Shown here: piece by piece, positions 10,467-22,230 of the stretch
Numbering within the stretch: the stretch's first letter is position 1
Layout of the letters: every line of letters begins with the position of its first letter
NCBI RefSeq assembly: GCF_057098645.1
Contig: NZ_CM169472.1
Direction: 5' to 3' (one strand)
Length of the DNA stretch: 64,000 nucleotides
The notes under the pieces: generated by a model
The model's database searches: none
Told to the model about the DNA's origin: nothing
What the model saw: the letters and a program-made list of their open reading frames with translations, nothing else
Position numbers and translations under genes: made by a program

Positions 10467-11324
10467 TCATGCACGTACTCCGTACACGGCAGAACTATCC
10501 ACGCCACGCGAATAATCAAATCCCATCCAGCAGCGCGGCCCGGAAACAGCAATGATTTCTGTTGCTGATTTACCCTCGCCAGCTGCCACACCGATGCTGC
10601 GTTTTACCTTGATATAGTGGTGAGTAAAATTGCGATACAGCGAACGGATCAGGGATGTGTCACTGTTAGAAACAATGACCGGATGTCCTTCTGATGACCG
10701 ATGTTCAAGAACGGATGCCAGGTGATACTGGTCATCTTCAGTGAAACCATCAGTGTGATAGCCGGAAAACGTACCGTCATACGGCGGATCGCAATACACC
10801 ACATCTCCCGCCTTCAACATCGCCAGCGTTTCATCAAAGCTGGCGCAGATAAACGTTGCTCGCTGGGCCTTTTCTGCAAATGCGCGAATTTCTTTTTCAG
10901 GGAAATACGGATTTTTATAATTACCGTAGGGAATGTTGAAATGCCCGCTCTTGTTATAGCGACATAAACCACGGTAACCGTGACGATTGAGATACAGGAA
11001 ATATACCGCTTTCATGAAATCAGTAATTTCAGTTGAGTAATTAAACTCCTGCCTTATGTTGTAATAAGCCACCTCCCTGTTTGCGATCTCAAATAAAACT
11101 CTGGCGCGAGATATAAACGATTCACAATCAGCGGCAACCTTTTTATAGAGGTTGATTAAATCAGGATTAATATCCGCAACCAGATAGCTGGGATAATCCG
11201 TCTCCATCATCACAGCACAGGACCCCGCGAAAGGTTCAACCAGTCGCGGGCCAGCAGGAAGATGTTTTTTCAGTTCGGACATAATGGCGGTTTTATTTCC
11301 CGCCCATTTCAGGATGGTGCTCAT
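10467..11324 (-). CDS. DNA adenine methyltransferase (Dam family)
   Basis: [11 protein letters not shown].., FAGS and DPPY motifs. ATGA overlaps with both neighbouring genes. Confidence 0.85.
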   Translation of the reverse strand: MSTILKWAGNKTAIMSELKKHLPAGPRLVEPFAGSCAVMMETDYPSYLVADINPDLINLYKKVAADCESFISRARVLFEIANREVAYYNIRQEFNYSTEITDFMKAVYFLYLNRHGYRGLCRYNKSGHFNIPYGNYKNPYFPEKEIRAFAEKAQRATFICASFDETLAMLKAGDVVYCDPPYDGTFSGYHTDGFTEDDQYHLASVLEHRSSEGHPVIVSNSDTSLIRSLYRNFTHHYIKVKRSIGVAAGEGKSATEIIAVSGPRCWMGFDYSRGVDSSAVYGVRA

Positions 11325-11548
11325 ACAACACCTCCGTTGTAATGTTTGCCTTTCAGCTCTGCGATTTCCTGACAGGTAATGCAAAGCTGCACACCCGGAA
11401 TGGCGCGGCGGCGTGCTGGCGGAATTGGCGCTTCACATTCAATACAAAGCACGCGAGACACGCCCGGTGTTTTGGCACGGGCAGCACGGATATGGCGCTG
11501 GCGTTCTTCTTCAACGCGCTGCTGTACGAGATCCATTGCATCAGCCAT
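11321..11548 (-). CDS. TraR/DksA-type zinc-finger protein
   Basis: CIECEAPIP..17 aa..CITCQ four-cysteine motif. 75 aa. Confidence 0.7.
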   Translation of the reverse strand: MADAMDLVQQRVEEERQRHIRAARAKTPGVSRVLCIECEAPIPPARRRAIPGVQLCITCQEIAELKGKHYNGGVV

Positions 11549-11787
11549 TAGTGGATCTCCTGCGCTTCGCTCTGGATTGCTTCAGCAGTCACACGCAGCA
11601 GTTCTGCTGCTTCGACGTGGTTTAGCTGGCGGGATGTGATATGACACGCCAGGCTATCAAGGCGAGCTGCCATTGCTTCAGCCCTTGCCCGGCGTTCTTC
11701 CAGACGAGCCTCTGTCAGTAAAATATTAAGCCCTGCGTCATCCGGTCCGGTTTTAGTCGTGAGGATTTCAATATTACGCATAATCAA
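11548..11787 (-). CDS. Small phage early protein, unknown function
   Basis: 79-aa ORF tightly packed in the early operon. Confidence 0.45.
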   Translation of the reverse strand: MIMRNIEILTTKTGPDDAGLNILLTEARLEERRARAEAMAARLDSLACHITSRQLNHVEAAELLRVTAEAIQSEAQEIH

Positions 11788-11848
11788 TTCTCCTGAATTT
11801 AGATAAAGGGATGCCCGGCGGGTTTACGCCATTAATTTCATTAGTTGG

Positions 11849-12190
11849 TTAATTCGGCATGGTTAGCCGTCTGGGAAATAAGCTCACCACTGCACGAAAA
11901 TGATTCATTGCTTTAATCAACTCCCGCTTTTCGTCAGTGGTCAGCTCATTAATGCTGGTGCTATGACGTTCAGCTGGAATTTTTGCCATAAAGAATATGG
12001 CAGCCAGTGCCCTTTTATTTTGTTCATTATTGATATCCCATGGATCACGCATATCTTTAATAAACCGCTCAAGCTCTGACTCAATATTCAGGCCAAAAAC
12101 TTTCGCCCTTAATTCCGCAATGTGATTAAGTCCATTCAGGCGTTCACCGGGGCTTAATGGAACAGTCGCCGCAGTGCCTTCAATAGCCAT
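11849..12190 (-). CDS. Phage early protein, unknown function
   Basis: 113-aa ORF in the early operon of the P2/186-like prophage. Confidence 0.45.
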   Translation of the reverse strand: MAIEGTAATVPLSPGERLNGLNHIAELRAKVFGLNIESELERFIKDMRDPWDINNEQNKRALAAIFFMAKIPAERHSTSINELTTDEKRELIKAMNHFRAVVSLFPRRLTMPN

Positions 12191-12354
12191 TTGTTCCCCC
12201 GTTTTTTCGTAGATAGTTCTGCCAGCAATTCATCTTGTGAACGGCACGGATGCCAGCGTTTACCATCCTCACCCATGATCCAGCCGTGACCGTAGTGCAT
12301 TGCCGGGCTTTGTTTTACCAGCAGCGATGCAAATGATGGTTCTTTCGTCAGCAT
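12154..12354 (-). CDS. Small early protein at the position of 186 fil
   Basis: MLTKEPSFASLLVKQSPAMHYGHGW.. with RBS gaggtg, immediately after the cII stop. Confidence 0.45.
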   Translation of the reverse strand: MLTKEPSFASLLVKQSPAMHYGHGWIMGEDGKRWHPCRSQDELLAELSTKKRGNKWLLKALRRLFH

Positions 12355-12361
12355 AAGCACC

Positions 12362-12877
12362 TCACAGCAAACCGAATGAAGCACCGAGGCCAGTCACGGT
12401 ATCAACTGCACTCGCCATCGCAGGATTAGCCTGTAAACGGGCCTGCAATGAAACAGCCGCCAGCGCCATCAGTCGTGTTACAGAGTTAATGCTGCTGATA
12501 GCATCACGACGACCGGCACAGGTTTTTACATCGCCAGATACCGCACCTGCAGCAACACGCCCGATCTCTGCGGTTGCACTCATGACGTAATGTGGCAGTT
12601 TCTCTTTTGCCACCTCATTAATCGGTACACATGGCAGACAATGAATCTGTGCCAGAAAACCATCTACCAGCGTTGAATCTTCAGTCAGATCGGTAAGCAG
12701 CCAGATTTCTGGTGCGGTTAATAAATGAGGTTGAGCTGGGTTCAGCTTGTTCCGCAGAATCTGCACATTCATGCCAGCACGTTCTGCCAGTTGCACCAGG
12801 TTGTGGCGCAATGCGAATGCACGACAGGCTTCATCAAAATGTGGATGTTTGGAAACTTGGTAATCAAACATGGTCAA
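12362..12877 (-). CDS. cII: Phage 186 CII-like lysogeny-establishment regulator
   Basis: [24 protein letters not shown]...[24 protein letters not shown] closely matches the recalled 186 CII sequence. Confidence 0.8.
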   Translation of the reverse strand: MTMFDYQVSKHPHFDEACRAFALRHNLVQLAERAGMNVQILRNKLNPAQPHLLTAPEIWLLTDLTEDSTLVDGFLAQIHCLPCVPINEVAKEKLPHYVMSATAEIGRVAAGAVSGDVKTCAGRRDAISSINSVTRLMALAAVSLQARLQANPAMASAVDTVTGLGASFGLL

Positions 12878-12903
12878 TGCCTCTGATGTATCTCAGAATC
12901 GAA

Positions 12904-13125
12904 CTAATTAAGGTTTAGATTGCATTCTGAAAGCGCATCAACGGTCATTGCTGCTATGTTGATCATCACTTTTTCGCGTTTTTTATCTTTGCGCAGACGG
13001 TGACGGATAAGGCGTCCATCAGCCAACATGTCATTGATGGTATCGATGGATAGCCCTGTCAGCTCGCTATAGCGTTCAATAGTCACATGAGGCGTGGTAA
13101 GAGTGATTGAAATGTTAGGTCTCAT
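12904..13125 (-). CDS. Apl/Cox-like excisionase-repressor (by position)
   Basis: 73-aa first gene of the lytic operon, divergent from cI. HTH-like segment [18 protein letters not shown]. Confidence 0.5.
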   Translation of the reverse strand: MRPNISITLTTPHVTIERYSELTGLSIDTINDMLADGRLIRHRLRKDKKREKVMINIAAMTVDALSECNLNLN

Positions 13126-13244
13126 GATGCAACATTCCTCGTTTAATGATGATTAATCAGGACGAATACGGATCGTTTGTATTTTGTGAACACCATAAAC
13201 ATACGATCGCACAGTGAAATCTTCAAGATAAAAGTTCACTTGGA

Positions 13245-13820
13245 GTGACCATGAATTTGGAGAAAGGCGGACGAGGCGCTATAGAGCGCATGGTAGAAGC
13301 TTATGGATTCAAGACTCGACAGGCGTTGTGCGATCATTTAGGAATCTCTAAAAGTACACTCGCCACACGCTACATGCGTGACTCATTCCCAGCAGAATGG
13401 GTAATCCAGTGCGCCCTTGAAACAGGCACCTCGCTTAATTGGCTCACAACCGGGCATGGTTCAAAGCAAACTTCAGGTAATACAAATACTATGGAAGTTG
13501 CTAAATATGTATTATCTGATGGGGCCTTGTGTGAAGACGGTTTTTATATTTTCGATAGAGAATTTCTACCGTCGGCATTCAAGAATCTTTTTGTAATCAC
13601 AGATAATAATTCTGAATTTATTTGTGATAAGGAATTTGATGATATACGTGATGGTAAATGGGTAATAAGTATTGATGGCGAAATAACGATCCGTGACATT
13701 ACTCGTTTACCCGGTGGAAGAATCTTCGTCGAGGGTGGAAACAGAGCCTTCGAATGCAAGATAGAAGACATTGAAATAATTGGTAAAATTATAAGCTTAA
13801 CAGTCAAGTATGTTAAATAG
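13245..13820 (+). CDS. cI: Phage 186 CI-like immunity repressor
   Basis: ..MVEAYGFKTRQALCDHLGISKSTLATRY..ALETGTSLNWLTTG.. parallels the recalled 186 CI. Start may be ATG 13251. Confidence 0.75.
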   Translation: MTMNLEKGGRGAIERMVEAYGFKTRQALCDHLGISKSTLATRYMRDSFPAEWVIQCALETGTSLNWLTTGHGSKQTSGNTNTMEVAKYVLSDGALCEDGFYIFDREFLPSAFKNLFVITDNNSEFICDKEFDDIRDGKWVISIDGEITIRDITRLPGGRIFVEGGNRAFECKIEDIEIIGKIISLTVKYVK

Positions 13821-13835
13821 TACCGGGAGGAAATT

Positions 13836-14027
13836 ATGCTTGGTAAGGTATTTTTTGTGGTTTTGTCATGTTCTTTGTTATTAAACCCACTAGCTACCTA
13901 TGCTAGAAATTATCCCTGCTCAGGGAAAAAGGGAGGTGTTTCTCACTGTACCTCTGATGGCAAATTCGTTTGCAATGATGGAACTATTAGTAAATCCAAA
14001 AAAATCTGTACTAAAAACTCACGATAA
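13836..14027 (+). CDS. Small secreted cysteine-rich protein (cargo between cI and int)
   Basis: Signal-like N terminus [23 protein letters not shown], 5 Cys in the mature part, RBS gggagga. Confidence 0.45.
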   Translation: MLGKVFFVVLSCSLLLNPLATYARNYPCSGKKGGVSHCTSDGKFVCNDGTISKSKKICTKNSR

Positions 14028-14215
14028 CTTTTGCTTTTATATCTGCGCCTAAAATAAAAATGAGCCACAGGTTAACCGCAAAAGTTACATGCTCACATAG
14101 CAAAAAGAATAGCCTACTTCATTATGGCTTCAGTGAGATGTATGGTCGCAGGATTTCATACATTGAAACTGGTTATACATACAGTAAAAATGCTCTCTAT
14201 TGGAGGGCATTTTTT

Positions 14216-15247
14216 ATGGCTGTACGAAAACTCACCACAGGAAAATGGCTTTGCGAATGTTACCCCGCCGGACGTAGTGGGCGTCGTGTGCGTAAACAAT
14301 TCGCCACCAAAGGCGAAGCACTGGCTTTTGAGCGTCACACGATGGAAGAAACCGAAGCAAAGCCCTGGCTGGGTGAATCAGTGGATCGTCGAACACTGAA
14401 AGACGTGGTTGAGCTATGGTTCAAACTACATGGTAAATCACTGACTGCTGGGCAGCATGTCTATGACAAATTGCTGCTGATGGTTGACGCTCTGGGCAAT
14501 CCCCTTGCAACTGATCTCACATCTAAAATGTTTGCCCACTATCGAGATAAACGCCTGACAGGTGAGATCTACTTCAGCGAGAAATGGAAGAAAGGAGCAA
14601 GCCCGGTCACCATTAACCTGGAGCAAAGCTATCTAAGTAGTGTTTTTAGCGAACTATCCCGCCTGGGCGAATGGTCGTATCCGAACCCACTGGAGAACAT
14701 GCGAAAATTCACCATCGCAGAAAAAGAGATGGCATGGCTTACCCATGAGCAGATTGTTGAATTGCTGGCTGATTGCAAACGTCAGGACCCAATTCTGGCA
14801 CTGGTAGTTAAGATATGCTTAAGCACAGGCGCACGTTGGCGTGAAGCCGTAAATCTTACCCGCTCACAGGTGACCAAATACCGAATTACCTTTGTAAGAA
14901 CGAAGGGGAAGAAAAACAGAAGCATCCCTATCAGTAAAGAGCTTTACGAAGAGATCATGGCGCTTGATGGGTTCAATTTCTTTACAGACTGCTATTTTCA
15001 ATTTTTATCCGTGATGGAAAAAACGTCTATCGTGCTCCCTCGCGGTCAACTGACACACGTTCTGCGCCATACGTTTGCGGCGCACTTCATGATGTCGGGT
15101 GGAAATATCCTGGCCTTACAAAAAATTCTCGGGCATCACGATATAAAAATGACTATGCGTTACGCACATCTGGCACCGGATCACCTGGAAACTGCATTAC
15201 GGTTTAATCCGCTGGCAACACTACCAACATCAATAGCAAGTTTTTGA
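14216..15247 (+). CDS. int: Tyrosine integrase, P2/186 type
   Basis: MAVRKLTTGKWLCECYP..GARW..HVLRHTFA..MRYAH resembles the recalled 186 Int. The upstream part of track ORF 14060.. is not conserved. Confidence 0.9.
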   Translation: MAVRKLTTGKWLCECYPAGRSGRRVRKQFATKGEALAFERHTMEETEAKPWLGESVDRRTLKDVVELWFKLHGKSLTAGQHVYDKLLLMVDALGNPLATDLTSKMFAHYRDKRLTGEIYFSEKWKKGASPVTINLEQSYLSSVFSELSRLGEWSYPNPLENMRKFTIAEKEMAWLTHEQIVELLADCKRQDPILALVVKICLSTGARWREAVNLTRSQVTKYRITFVRTKGKKNRSIPISKELYEEIMALDGFNFFTDCYFQFLSVMEKTSIVLPRGQLTHVLRHTFAAHFMMSGGNILALQKILGHHDIKMTMRYAHLAPDHLETALRFNPLATLPTSIASF

Positions 15248-15305
15248 AAATGCGTATTTTGCCCTGTTGAGCTAATATTCTTTTTTTTCACATGGAGCAC
15301 TATCA

Positions 15306-15575
15306 ATGAATAAGTTTCAGCATCAGGGAGCGGAATTGCGCAACAGAGCCAAAGAATTGGCTTTATCCGTACTTAAAACTCACCCAGATGCCCAAAAAAA
15401 CGGCAACGGCGTTAAGCAAGCTGAGGTATTTCGTCTAAGCGGCCTCGATTGGGGAGAAAAACGGAAAGCAACAAGTTCGAACCAACAATATTGGGTTGTT
15501 GCACTATTGCGTGAACTAGAAGAGGAGGGGTTAGTCGAACAGATTGAAGATAGAGGCCCCTGGCGTCTAAGGTAA
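15306..15575 (+). CDS. Small hypothetical protein between int and prophage end
   Basis: 89-aa ORF with RBS ggag. No family recognised. Confidence 0.4.
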   Translation: MNKFQHQGAELRNRAKELALSVLKTHPDAQKNGNGVKQAEVFRLSGLDWGEKRKATSSNQQYWVVALLRELEEEGLVEQIEDRGPWRLR

Positions 15576-15644
15576 AACAAGTGGCGACAAAGTGGCGGCA
15601 GCGGTTGGCATTACCCCGTAATAACCACCACTGACCACCAACCC

Positions 15645-15676
15645 AACTTATTGTTTTTACTCTAACTTATTGTTTT
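15645..15676. repeat. 13-bp direct repeat aacttattgtttt x2 at the prophage/hchA junction (possible Int arm or core sites)
   Basis: Copies at 15645-15657 and 15664-15676, just before hchA homology resumes at about 15695. Confidence 0.4.
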
Positions 15677-15694
15677 CATTAACCCATTTACATA

Positions 15695-16018
15695 AATGAC
15701 CGTTTTGTTATCTCCCTTTGCCACGGCCCGGCGGCTTTTCTGGCGCTTCGCCACGGCGATAACCCACTGAATGGTTATTCCATTTGCGCATTCCCAGACG
15801 CCGCAGACAAACAAACGCCAGAGATAGGCTATATGCCGGGTCATCTCACCTGGTACTTCGGCGAAGAGCTGAAGAAAATGGGCATGAACATTATTAATGA
15901 CGACATCACCGGGCGAGTACATAAGGACCGTAAAGTTCTCACCGGCGACAGTCCTTTCGCAGCGAATGCGTTGGGTAAACTGGCGGCGCAGGAAATGCTG
16001 GCAGCTTACGCGGGTTAA
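15695..16018 (+). pseudogene. hchA: hchA (Hsp31 glyoxalase) 3' fragment, last 107 codons
   Basis: NDRFVISLCHGPAAFLALRHGDNPLNGY...AAQEMLAAYAG matches the K-12 HchA C terminus. The 5' part is displaced by the prophage. Confidence 0.85.
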
Positions 16019-16125
16019 TCCCTGTTACGTTTTAATGTAAGCGCATAATCAATCGCAGCCGCGTTAGTATTCACGACGTGGCTGCGTTTTTTCACGGTTA
16101 ATTTATGGCGTACTGAAGCCCTATG

Positions 16126-17484
16126 TTAATTTCTTTGCGGCAACGTAATCCGGAACACATTATGCTTATTGAGATAGTGATACGTAGCACTTCCCCCATG
16201 TAATTCGGCAATCGCTTTGACTAAAGAAAGGCCTAGTCCCTGACCTACGGAATGACGCGAATTATCTCCCCGCCAAAATCTACGGAAGAGTTTTTCAGGC
16301 TCATTAATTTTCGTTCCAGGGCTGGCGATATCAATATTAAGAGATCCGTTAGTATCAAGAAAACTGGTTATATGAATGCGCGATTTTTCTGGTGAATATC
16401 GAATGGCGTTAACAATAAGATTCGATAACATTCGTTGCAGTAAAATTTTATCCGCATAAATTTGCTGATTGCACTCGACCTTAAAGCAAATCTCTTTCTC
16501 GTCTGAAAGGTATTCAAGATAGTCCAACAAATTTTCGACTTCCTTATTGAGAGAAAGCGATTCCAGTTTCACCAAAACATTATTTTTATCTGCCCTGGCA
16601 AGAAACAGTATGTTCTCTGTTAACCGCGAAATATTTTCCAGCTCTTCAATGTTTCCGGCAATTGTTTTTTGATATTCAGCGATACTTCTGGTTTGACTGA
16701 GCGTAACCTGATTCTGACCCAGTAATGCATTAATTGGCGTTCTAAGTTCATGAGCGAGATCGTCAGCAAACTGACTTAGACGCTCAAAATCTTTGACTAA
16801 AGCATGATGCATTTTATTCAACGCCTGCCCAAGCGGTTTTAGTTCTCTCGGTAATGCGCTAACCTCAACAGGCTCTCGGCTATCGTTATAATTCAGCGCT
16901 TCCGTTACACCACTCAACTTTTTGATCTCTCGTAACCCCGTTCGGATTAACAGCGGACTTAATACTGAGCACAGTATAATGGCGACAATGCAAATTATAA
17001 TGCTATTGATTTTATACTGTTCAAGCATGTTATGTCTGGCTGAAGCCAATTTAGCCACAGTAACCGTTAATGATGGCGAAACTTCATCAATATTAATTCG
17101 TAAAGCATCTATCTCTGTATCATTAATAATGCTTCTGTAAATGCCAGCTGCACTGATTGTCTCACTAGCAGGTATGTTATTTAACATGCCATCACTGACA
17201 TTTGTCCGGTTAACAATTTTATTGATGCTATCACCATGAATGATCAAGATATCCTGACTAACATCCATCATCCGGTTAAAGTACACAGGTAACGTATCTG
17301 GATTTACCCCATCAATTAACAACTGCTTGATCTGTGCTGTCCGGTTAATGAGTGTTGTATCATCGCGCCATTTCAACTCACTTGCCAGGCCATTATAGAG
17401 AGTCCAGACAATTCCAGCGCCAGCAACAGACAGCAGCAATATAAAAAGCAAGGTTAAACGGACGGTTATAGACAATCTTTTCAT
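16126..17484 (-). CDS. hprS: Sensor histidine kinase HprS (YedV)
   Basis: 452-aa ORF with two TM segments, H-box HELRTPI and ATPase domain. K-12 synteny. Confidence 0.9.
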   Translation of the reverse strand: MKRLSITVRLTLLFILLLSVAGAGIVWTLYNGLASELKWRDDTTLINRTAQIKQLLIDGVNPDTLPVYFNRMMDVSQDILIIHGDSINKIVNRTNVSDGMLNNIPASETISAAGIYRSIINDTEIDALRINIDEVSPSLTVTVAKLASARHNMLEQYKINSIIICIVAIILCSVLSPLLIRTGLREIKKLSGVTEALNYNDSREPVEVSALPRELKPLGQALNKMHHALVKDFERLSQFADDLAHELRTPINALLGQNQVTLSQTRSIAEYQKTIAGNIEELENISRLTENILFLARADKNNVLVKLESLSLNKEVENLLDYLEYLSDEKEICFKVECNQQIYADKILLQRMLSNLIVNAIRYSPEKSRIHITSFLDTNGSLNIDIASPGTKINEPEKLFRRFWRGDNSRHSVGQGLGLSLVKAIAELHGGSATYHYLNKHNVFRITLPQRN

Positions 17485-18155
17485 TATTTTTTTACCGCTA
17501 CGAACGAATATCCCATCCCACGGATTGTGGCAATTAGCTTTTCAGGAAAAGGATCATCAACTTTTGCGCGGAGCCTGCGAATGGCGACATCCACCGTATT
17601 GGTATCACTATCAAAGTTGATTCCCCAAATTTCACTCGCAATAACCGTTCTGGGTATAATTTCGCCAGCTCTGGAGGCCAGTAGCCAAAGTAACTGAAAC
17701 TCCTTGCGCGTCAGTGTAATACTGATATTGTCCCTGCTCACACTTTGACTAACAGAGTCCATTCTTAAGCCGCTGATTTCTAATATTGAATTCAAAGCGT
17801 GATGTTGCCTTAATTGTGCCCGAACCCTTGCCAGCAACTCAGAAAATGAAAAAGGTTTTACCAGATAATCATTTGCTCCACTGTCCAGCCCTCTGACTCT
17901 GTCATCGACAGAATCCCTTGCAGTAAGGCAAATAACAGGGGTTTGCTTTGCCGTTCTTAACGTTTGTAAGATCTGCCAGCCATCCATACCCGGAAGCATA
18001 ATATCCAGAATGATCAATGCATAATCATCCTTCAGCGCAAGATAAAGCCCATCTCTGCCATCAGAAACGGCATCAATGACATAACCCGCTTCGGAAAGCC
18101 CCTGCGTTACCCACTCCTGGGTCCTTTGATTATCTTCAATAAGTAAAATCTTCAT
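17484..18155 (-). CDS. hprR: Response regulator HprR (YedW)
   Basis: MKILLIEDNQRTQEW.. OmpR-family receiver plus winged helix. The track ORF is extended upstream. Confidence 0.9.
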   Translation of the reverse strand: MKILLIEDNQRTQEWVTQGLSEAGYVIDAVSDGRDGLYLALKDDYALIILDIMLPGMDGWQILQTLRTAKQTPVICLTARDSVDDRVRGLDSGANDYLVKPFSFSELLARVRAQLRQHHALNSILEISGLRMDSVSQSVSRDNISITLTRKEFQLLWLLASRAGEIIPRTVIASEIWGINFDSDTNTVDVAIRRLRAKVDDPFPEKLIATIRGMGYSFVAVKK

Positions 18156-18200
18156 GAAAATAATATGCCATAAATCATATGTTATAGAAACAGCCTGGTT

Positions 18201-18218
18201 CATTACAAAATTGTAATG
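18201..18218. promoter_or_regulatory. HprR/CusR-type box in the hprR-hiuH divergent intergenic region
   Basis: Perfect palindrome cattacaaaattgtaatg, matching the recalled HprR box. Confidence 0.55.
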
Positions 18219-18287
18219 CTGCTGTAAGGTTACCCTGGACGCTTTTTCGCTATCCTCAAAACTCATTCACATGACAAGGATATAAAC

Positions 18288-18701
18288 ATGTTAAAGCGTT
18301 ATTTAGTACTCTCCGTAGTAACGGCTGCATTTTCATTACCTTCTTTGGTCTATGCTGCACAACAAAACATTCTTAGCGTGCACATTTTGAACCAGCAAAC
18401 AGGAAAACCCGCTGCCGACGTGACAGTCACTCTTGAAAAGAAAGCGGACAACGGCTGGTTACAACTTAATACCGCCAAAACAGATAAGGATGGACGAATT
18501 AAGGCACTGTGGCCCGAGCAAACTGCAACTACGGGCGATTACCGTGTCGTATTTAAAACCGGGGACTATTTCAAGAAACAAAATCTTGAAAGTTTCTTCC
18601 CTGAGATCCCCGTTGAATTTCATATTAATAAAGTGAACGAGCATTATCATGTGCCTTTATTACTTAGCCAATATGGGTATTCAACCTATCGTGGCAGTTA
18701 A
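18288..18701 (+). CDS. hiuH: 5-hydroxyisourate hydrolase (transthyretin-like) HiuH/YedX
   Basis: 137 aa with signal peptide and C-terminal YSTYRGS motif. Confidence 0.9.
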   Translation: MLKRYLVLSVVTAAFSLPSLVYAAQQNILSVHILNQQTGKPAADVTVTLEKKADNGWLQLNTAKTDKDGRIKALWPEQTATTGDYRVVFKTGDYFKKQNLESFFPEIPVEFHINKVNEHYHVPLLLSQYGYSTYRGS

Positions 18702-18803
18702 TGCATAAATATGTAAAAGCAGATCTCTGCTACTGTTAGGGAGGACACTCCCTGACAGATTAACAGTAAACGGCTCTTGCTGGCTAACGACAAAAAAGTG
18801 TGA

Positions 18804-19814
<1,011 letters not shown>

Positions 19815-20450
19815 ATGCGTCTGACAGCAAAACAGGTGACATGGCTGAAAGTTTGCCTGCATCTTGCCGGATTGTTGCCGTTTCTCTGGCTGGTCTGGGC
19901 GATCAATCACGGTGGACTGGGTGCCGATCCGGTGAAAGATATTCAGCATTTTACCGGTCGCACTGCACTGAAATTTTTGCTGGCGACCTTGTTAATCACA
20001 CCTCTGGCACGCTACGCAAAACAGCCGTTATTGATACGCACTCGCCGCCTGTTAGGATTATGGTGCTTTGCCTGGGCGACACTGCATTTAACAAGTTACG
20101 CATTGCTGGAGCTGGGCGTGAATAATCTGGCGTTATTAGGTAAGGAGTTAATTACCCGGCCTTATTTAACGTTAGGTATTATCAGCTGGGTAATTTTGCT
20201 TGCTTTAGCGTTCACTTCAACCCAGGCGATGCAGCGAAAACTCGGCAAGCACTGGCAACAGTTGCATAATTTCGTCTATCTTGTCGCGATCCTGGCCCCA
20301 ATACATTATCTGTGGTCAGTGAAGATTATTTCACCGCAGCCGCTCATCTACGCTGGGCTGGCTGTACTGCTTTTAGCCTTACGGTATAAGAAGTTGCGTT
20401 CCCTTTTTAACCGGTTACGCAAGCAGATTCACAACAAATTATCTGTATAA
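19815..20450 (+). CDS. msrQ: Heme-binding membrane subunit MsrQ (YedZ)
   Basis: 211-aa polytopic membrane ORF abutting the msrP stop. Confidence 0.9.
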   Translation: MRLTAKQVTWLKVCLHLAGLLPFLWLVWAINHGGLGADPVKDIQHFTGRTALKFLLATLLITPLARYAKQPLLIRTRRLLGLWCFAWATLHLTSYALLELGVNNLALLGKELITRPYLTLGIISWVILLALAFTSTQAMQRKLGKHWQQLHNFVYLVAILAPIHYLWSVKIISPQPLIYAGLAVLLLALRYKKLRSLFNRLRKQIHNKLSV

Positions 20451-20483
20451 CTTCATATTGCCGACAAAGTACGCGTTATCCCT

Positions 20484-20513
20484 GCCGGATGTGGCGCTAG
20501 CGCCCTATCCGGC
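20484..20513. repeat. REP element
   Basis: gccggatgtggcgctagcgccctatccggc, a typical E. coli REP palindrome after msrQ. Confidence 0.55.
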
Positions 20514-20653
20514 ATACACAGATCGCATCAGGTTATGTTTCGTTTGTCATCAACCTCAAATCACCAAAATAATTTATTTTATTTCAATAAGATAGATAAG
20601 TAGAACTGAGAAAGCCATGCTCTCGTTTCCTAAGAGTTGTTGCATTTTGCTAT

Positions 20654-20670
20654 ATGTTACAATATAACAT
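20654..20670. promoter_or_regulatory. Zur box upstream of zinT
   Basis: atgttacaatataacat fits the Zur consensus core ATGTTATawTATAACAT. Confidence 0.6.
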
Positions 20671-20706
20671 TACACATCATATACATTAACTCTGGAGGAA
20701 ACTGTT

Positions 20707-21357
20707 TTGGCGATTCGTCTTCACAAACTGGCTGTTGCTTTAGGTGTCTTTATTGTTAGCGCTCCTGCCTTTTCGCATGGTCATCACTCACACGGCAAAC
20801 CCTTAACAGAGGTCGAACAAAAAGCTGCTAATGGTGTTTTTGATGATGCCAATGTACAAAACCGAACGCTCAGTGACTGGCATGGAGTCTGGCAATCCGT
20901 TTATCCTTTACTGCAAAGTGGCAAACTTGACCCCGTCTTTCAGAAGAAAGCGGATGCAGATAAAACTAAAACATTTGCTGAAATTAAAGATTATTATCAC
21001 AAAGGTTATGCAACAGATATCGAGATGATTGGCATTGAGGACGGCATTGTTGAATTCCATAGAAATAATGAAACAACATCCTGTAAATATGATTACGATG
21101 GATACAAAATACTCACCTATAAATCAGGCAAGAAAGGCGTTCGTTACTTATTCGAATGTAAAGATCCTGAAAGCAAAGCCCCTAAATATATACAATTTAG
21201 CGATCATATAATTGCACCACGAAAATCATCTCATTTTCACATTTTTATGGGTAATGATTCACAGCAATCTTTATTAAATGAAATGGAAAACTGGCCAACG
21301 TATTATCCATATCAGTTGAGTAGCGAAGAAGTGGTCGAGGAAATGATGTCTCATTGA
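20707..21357 (+). CDS. zinT: Periplasmic zinc/cadmium-binding protein ZinT (YodA)
   Basis: TTG start. [25 protein letters not shown].. matches K-12 ZinT. Confidence 0.9.
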   Translation: MAIRLHKLAVALGVFIVSAPAFSHGHHSHGKPLTEVEQKAANGVFDDANVQNRTLSDWHGVWQSVYPLLQSGKLDPVFQKKADADKTKTFAEIKDYYHKGYATDIEMIGIEDGIVEFHRNNETTSCKYDYDGYKILTYKSGKKGVRYLFECKDPESKAPKYIQFSDHIIAPRKSSHFHIFMGNDSQQSLLNEMENWPTYYPYQLSSEEVVEEMMSH

Positions 21358-21699
21358 GTATTCTCATGATAACGCCTCGATGCCGCTTTAGTAAGTCATC
21401 ATAACTGCCACTGGTCCATCCACAAACGCCACTGAACGCAAGCTAGCTACAGACACGCTCATCACTATGACGTGTCTGTATATTAATAAGCTAACCCGCA
21501 TTGAGTTAACCAATAACGGATTCCATACACAATACGGCCAACAGAGAAAGATACCTGTGCTCACGCCATTGCTTATATTGGCTGGTTACAATGTGCACTA
21601 TCAATTTTTTAAATAACAAATTCTTAAAACCACATCTGTATAAGGAATTTTTAAGGTTCGTGGGATAGCTTGACTGTGAAAATCACAGGAGCTACAAAA

Positions 21700-22230
21700 A
21701 TGAACCGATTCTCAAAAACTCAAATTTATTTACATTGGATAACGCTGCTTTTCGTTGCAATAACCTATGCCGCGATGGAACTCCGTGGCTGGTTTCCTAA
21801 AGGTAGTAGTACTTATCTGCTGATGCGAGAAACACATTACAATGCGGGTATATTCGTTTGGGTGTTAATGTTTTCACGCCTGATTATAAAACACCGTTAT
21901 AGTGATCCTTCTATTGTGCCACCGCCACCTGCCTGGCAAATGAAAGCGGCTTCGCTAATGCACATCATGCTTTATATAACCTTCCTTGCGCTTCCTCTGC
22001 TGGGGATTGCTTTAATGGCTTACAGTGGAAAATCGTGGAGTTTCCTTGGTTTCAATGTGCCTCCCTTTGTTACCCCAAACAGTGAAATTAAAGCACTGAT
22101 AAAAAATATTCACGAAACCTGGGCGAATGTAGGTTACTTTTTAATCGCAGCTCACGCTGGCGCAGCACTCTTTCATCACTACATTCAGAAAGATAATACT
22201 CTGTTACGAATGATGCCTCGCCGCAAATAA
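21700..22230 (+). CDS. yodB: Cytochrome b561 homologue YodB
   Basis: MNRFSKTQIYLHWITLLF.., four TM helices with conserved His residues. Confidence 0.85.
   Translation: MNRFSKTQIYLHWITLLFVAITYAAMELRGWFPKGSSTYLLMRETHYNAGIFVWVLMFSRLIIKHRYSDPSIVPPPPAWQMKAASLMHIMLYITFLALPLLGIALMAYSGKSWSFLGFNVPPFVTPNSEIKALIKNIHETWANVGYFLIAAHAGAALFHHYIQKDNTLLRMMPRRK

Larger units (their letters stand above)
5411..10470 (-). pseudogene. Replication initiation endonuclease, P2/186 gpA-like, split by an IS21-family element
   Basis: 5411..7416 and 10056..10470 join in frame (..SSLGRPK|AYSRYLRE..) after removing the IS and one 6-bp duplication. The 635-aa C part carries the HxH-type rolling-circle motif region ([11 protein letters not shown]). 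Confidence 0.8.
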
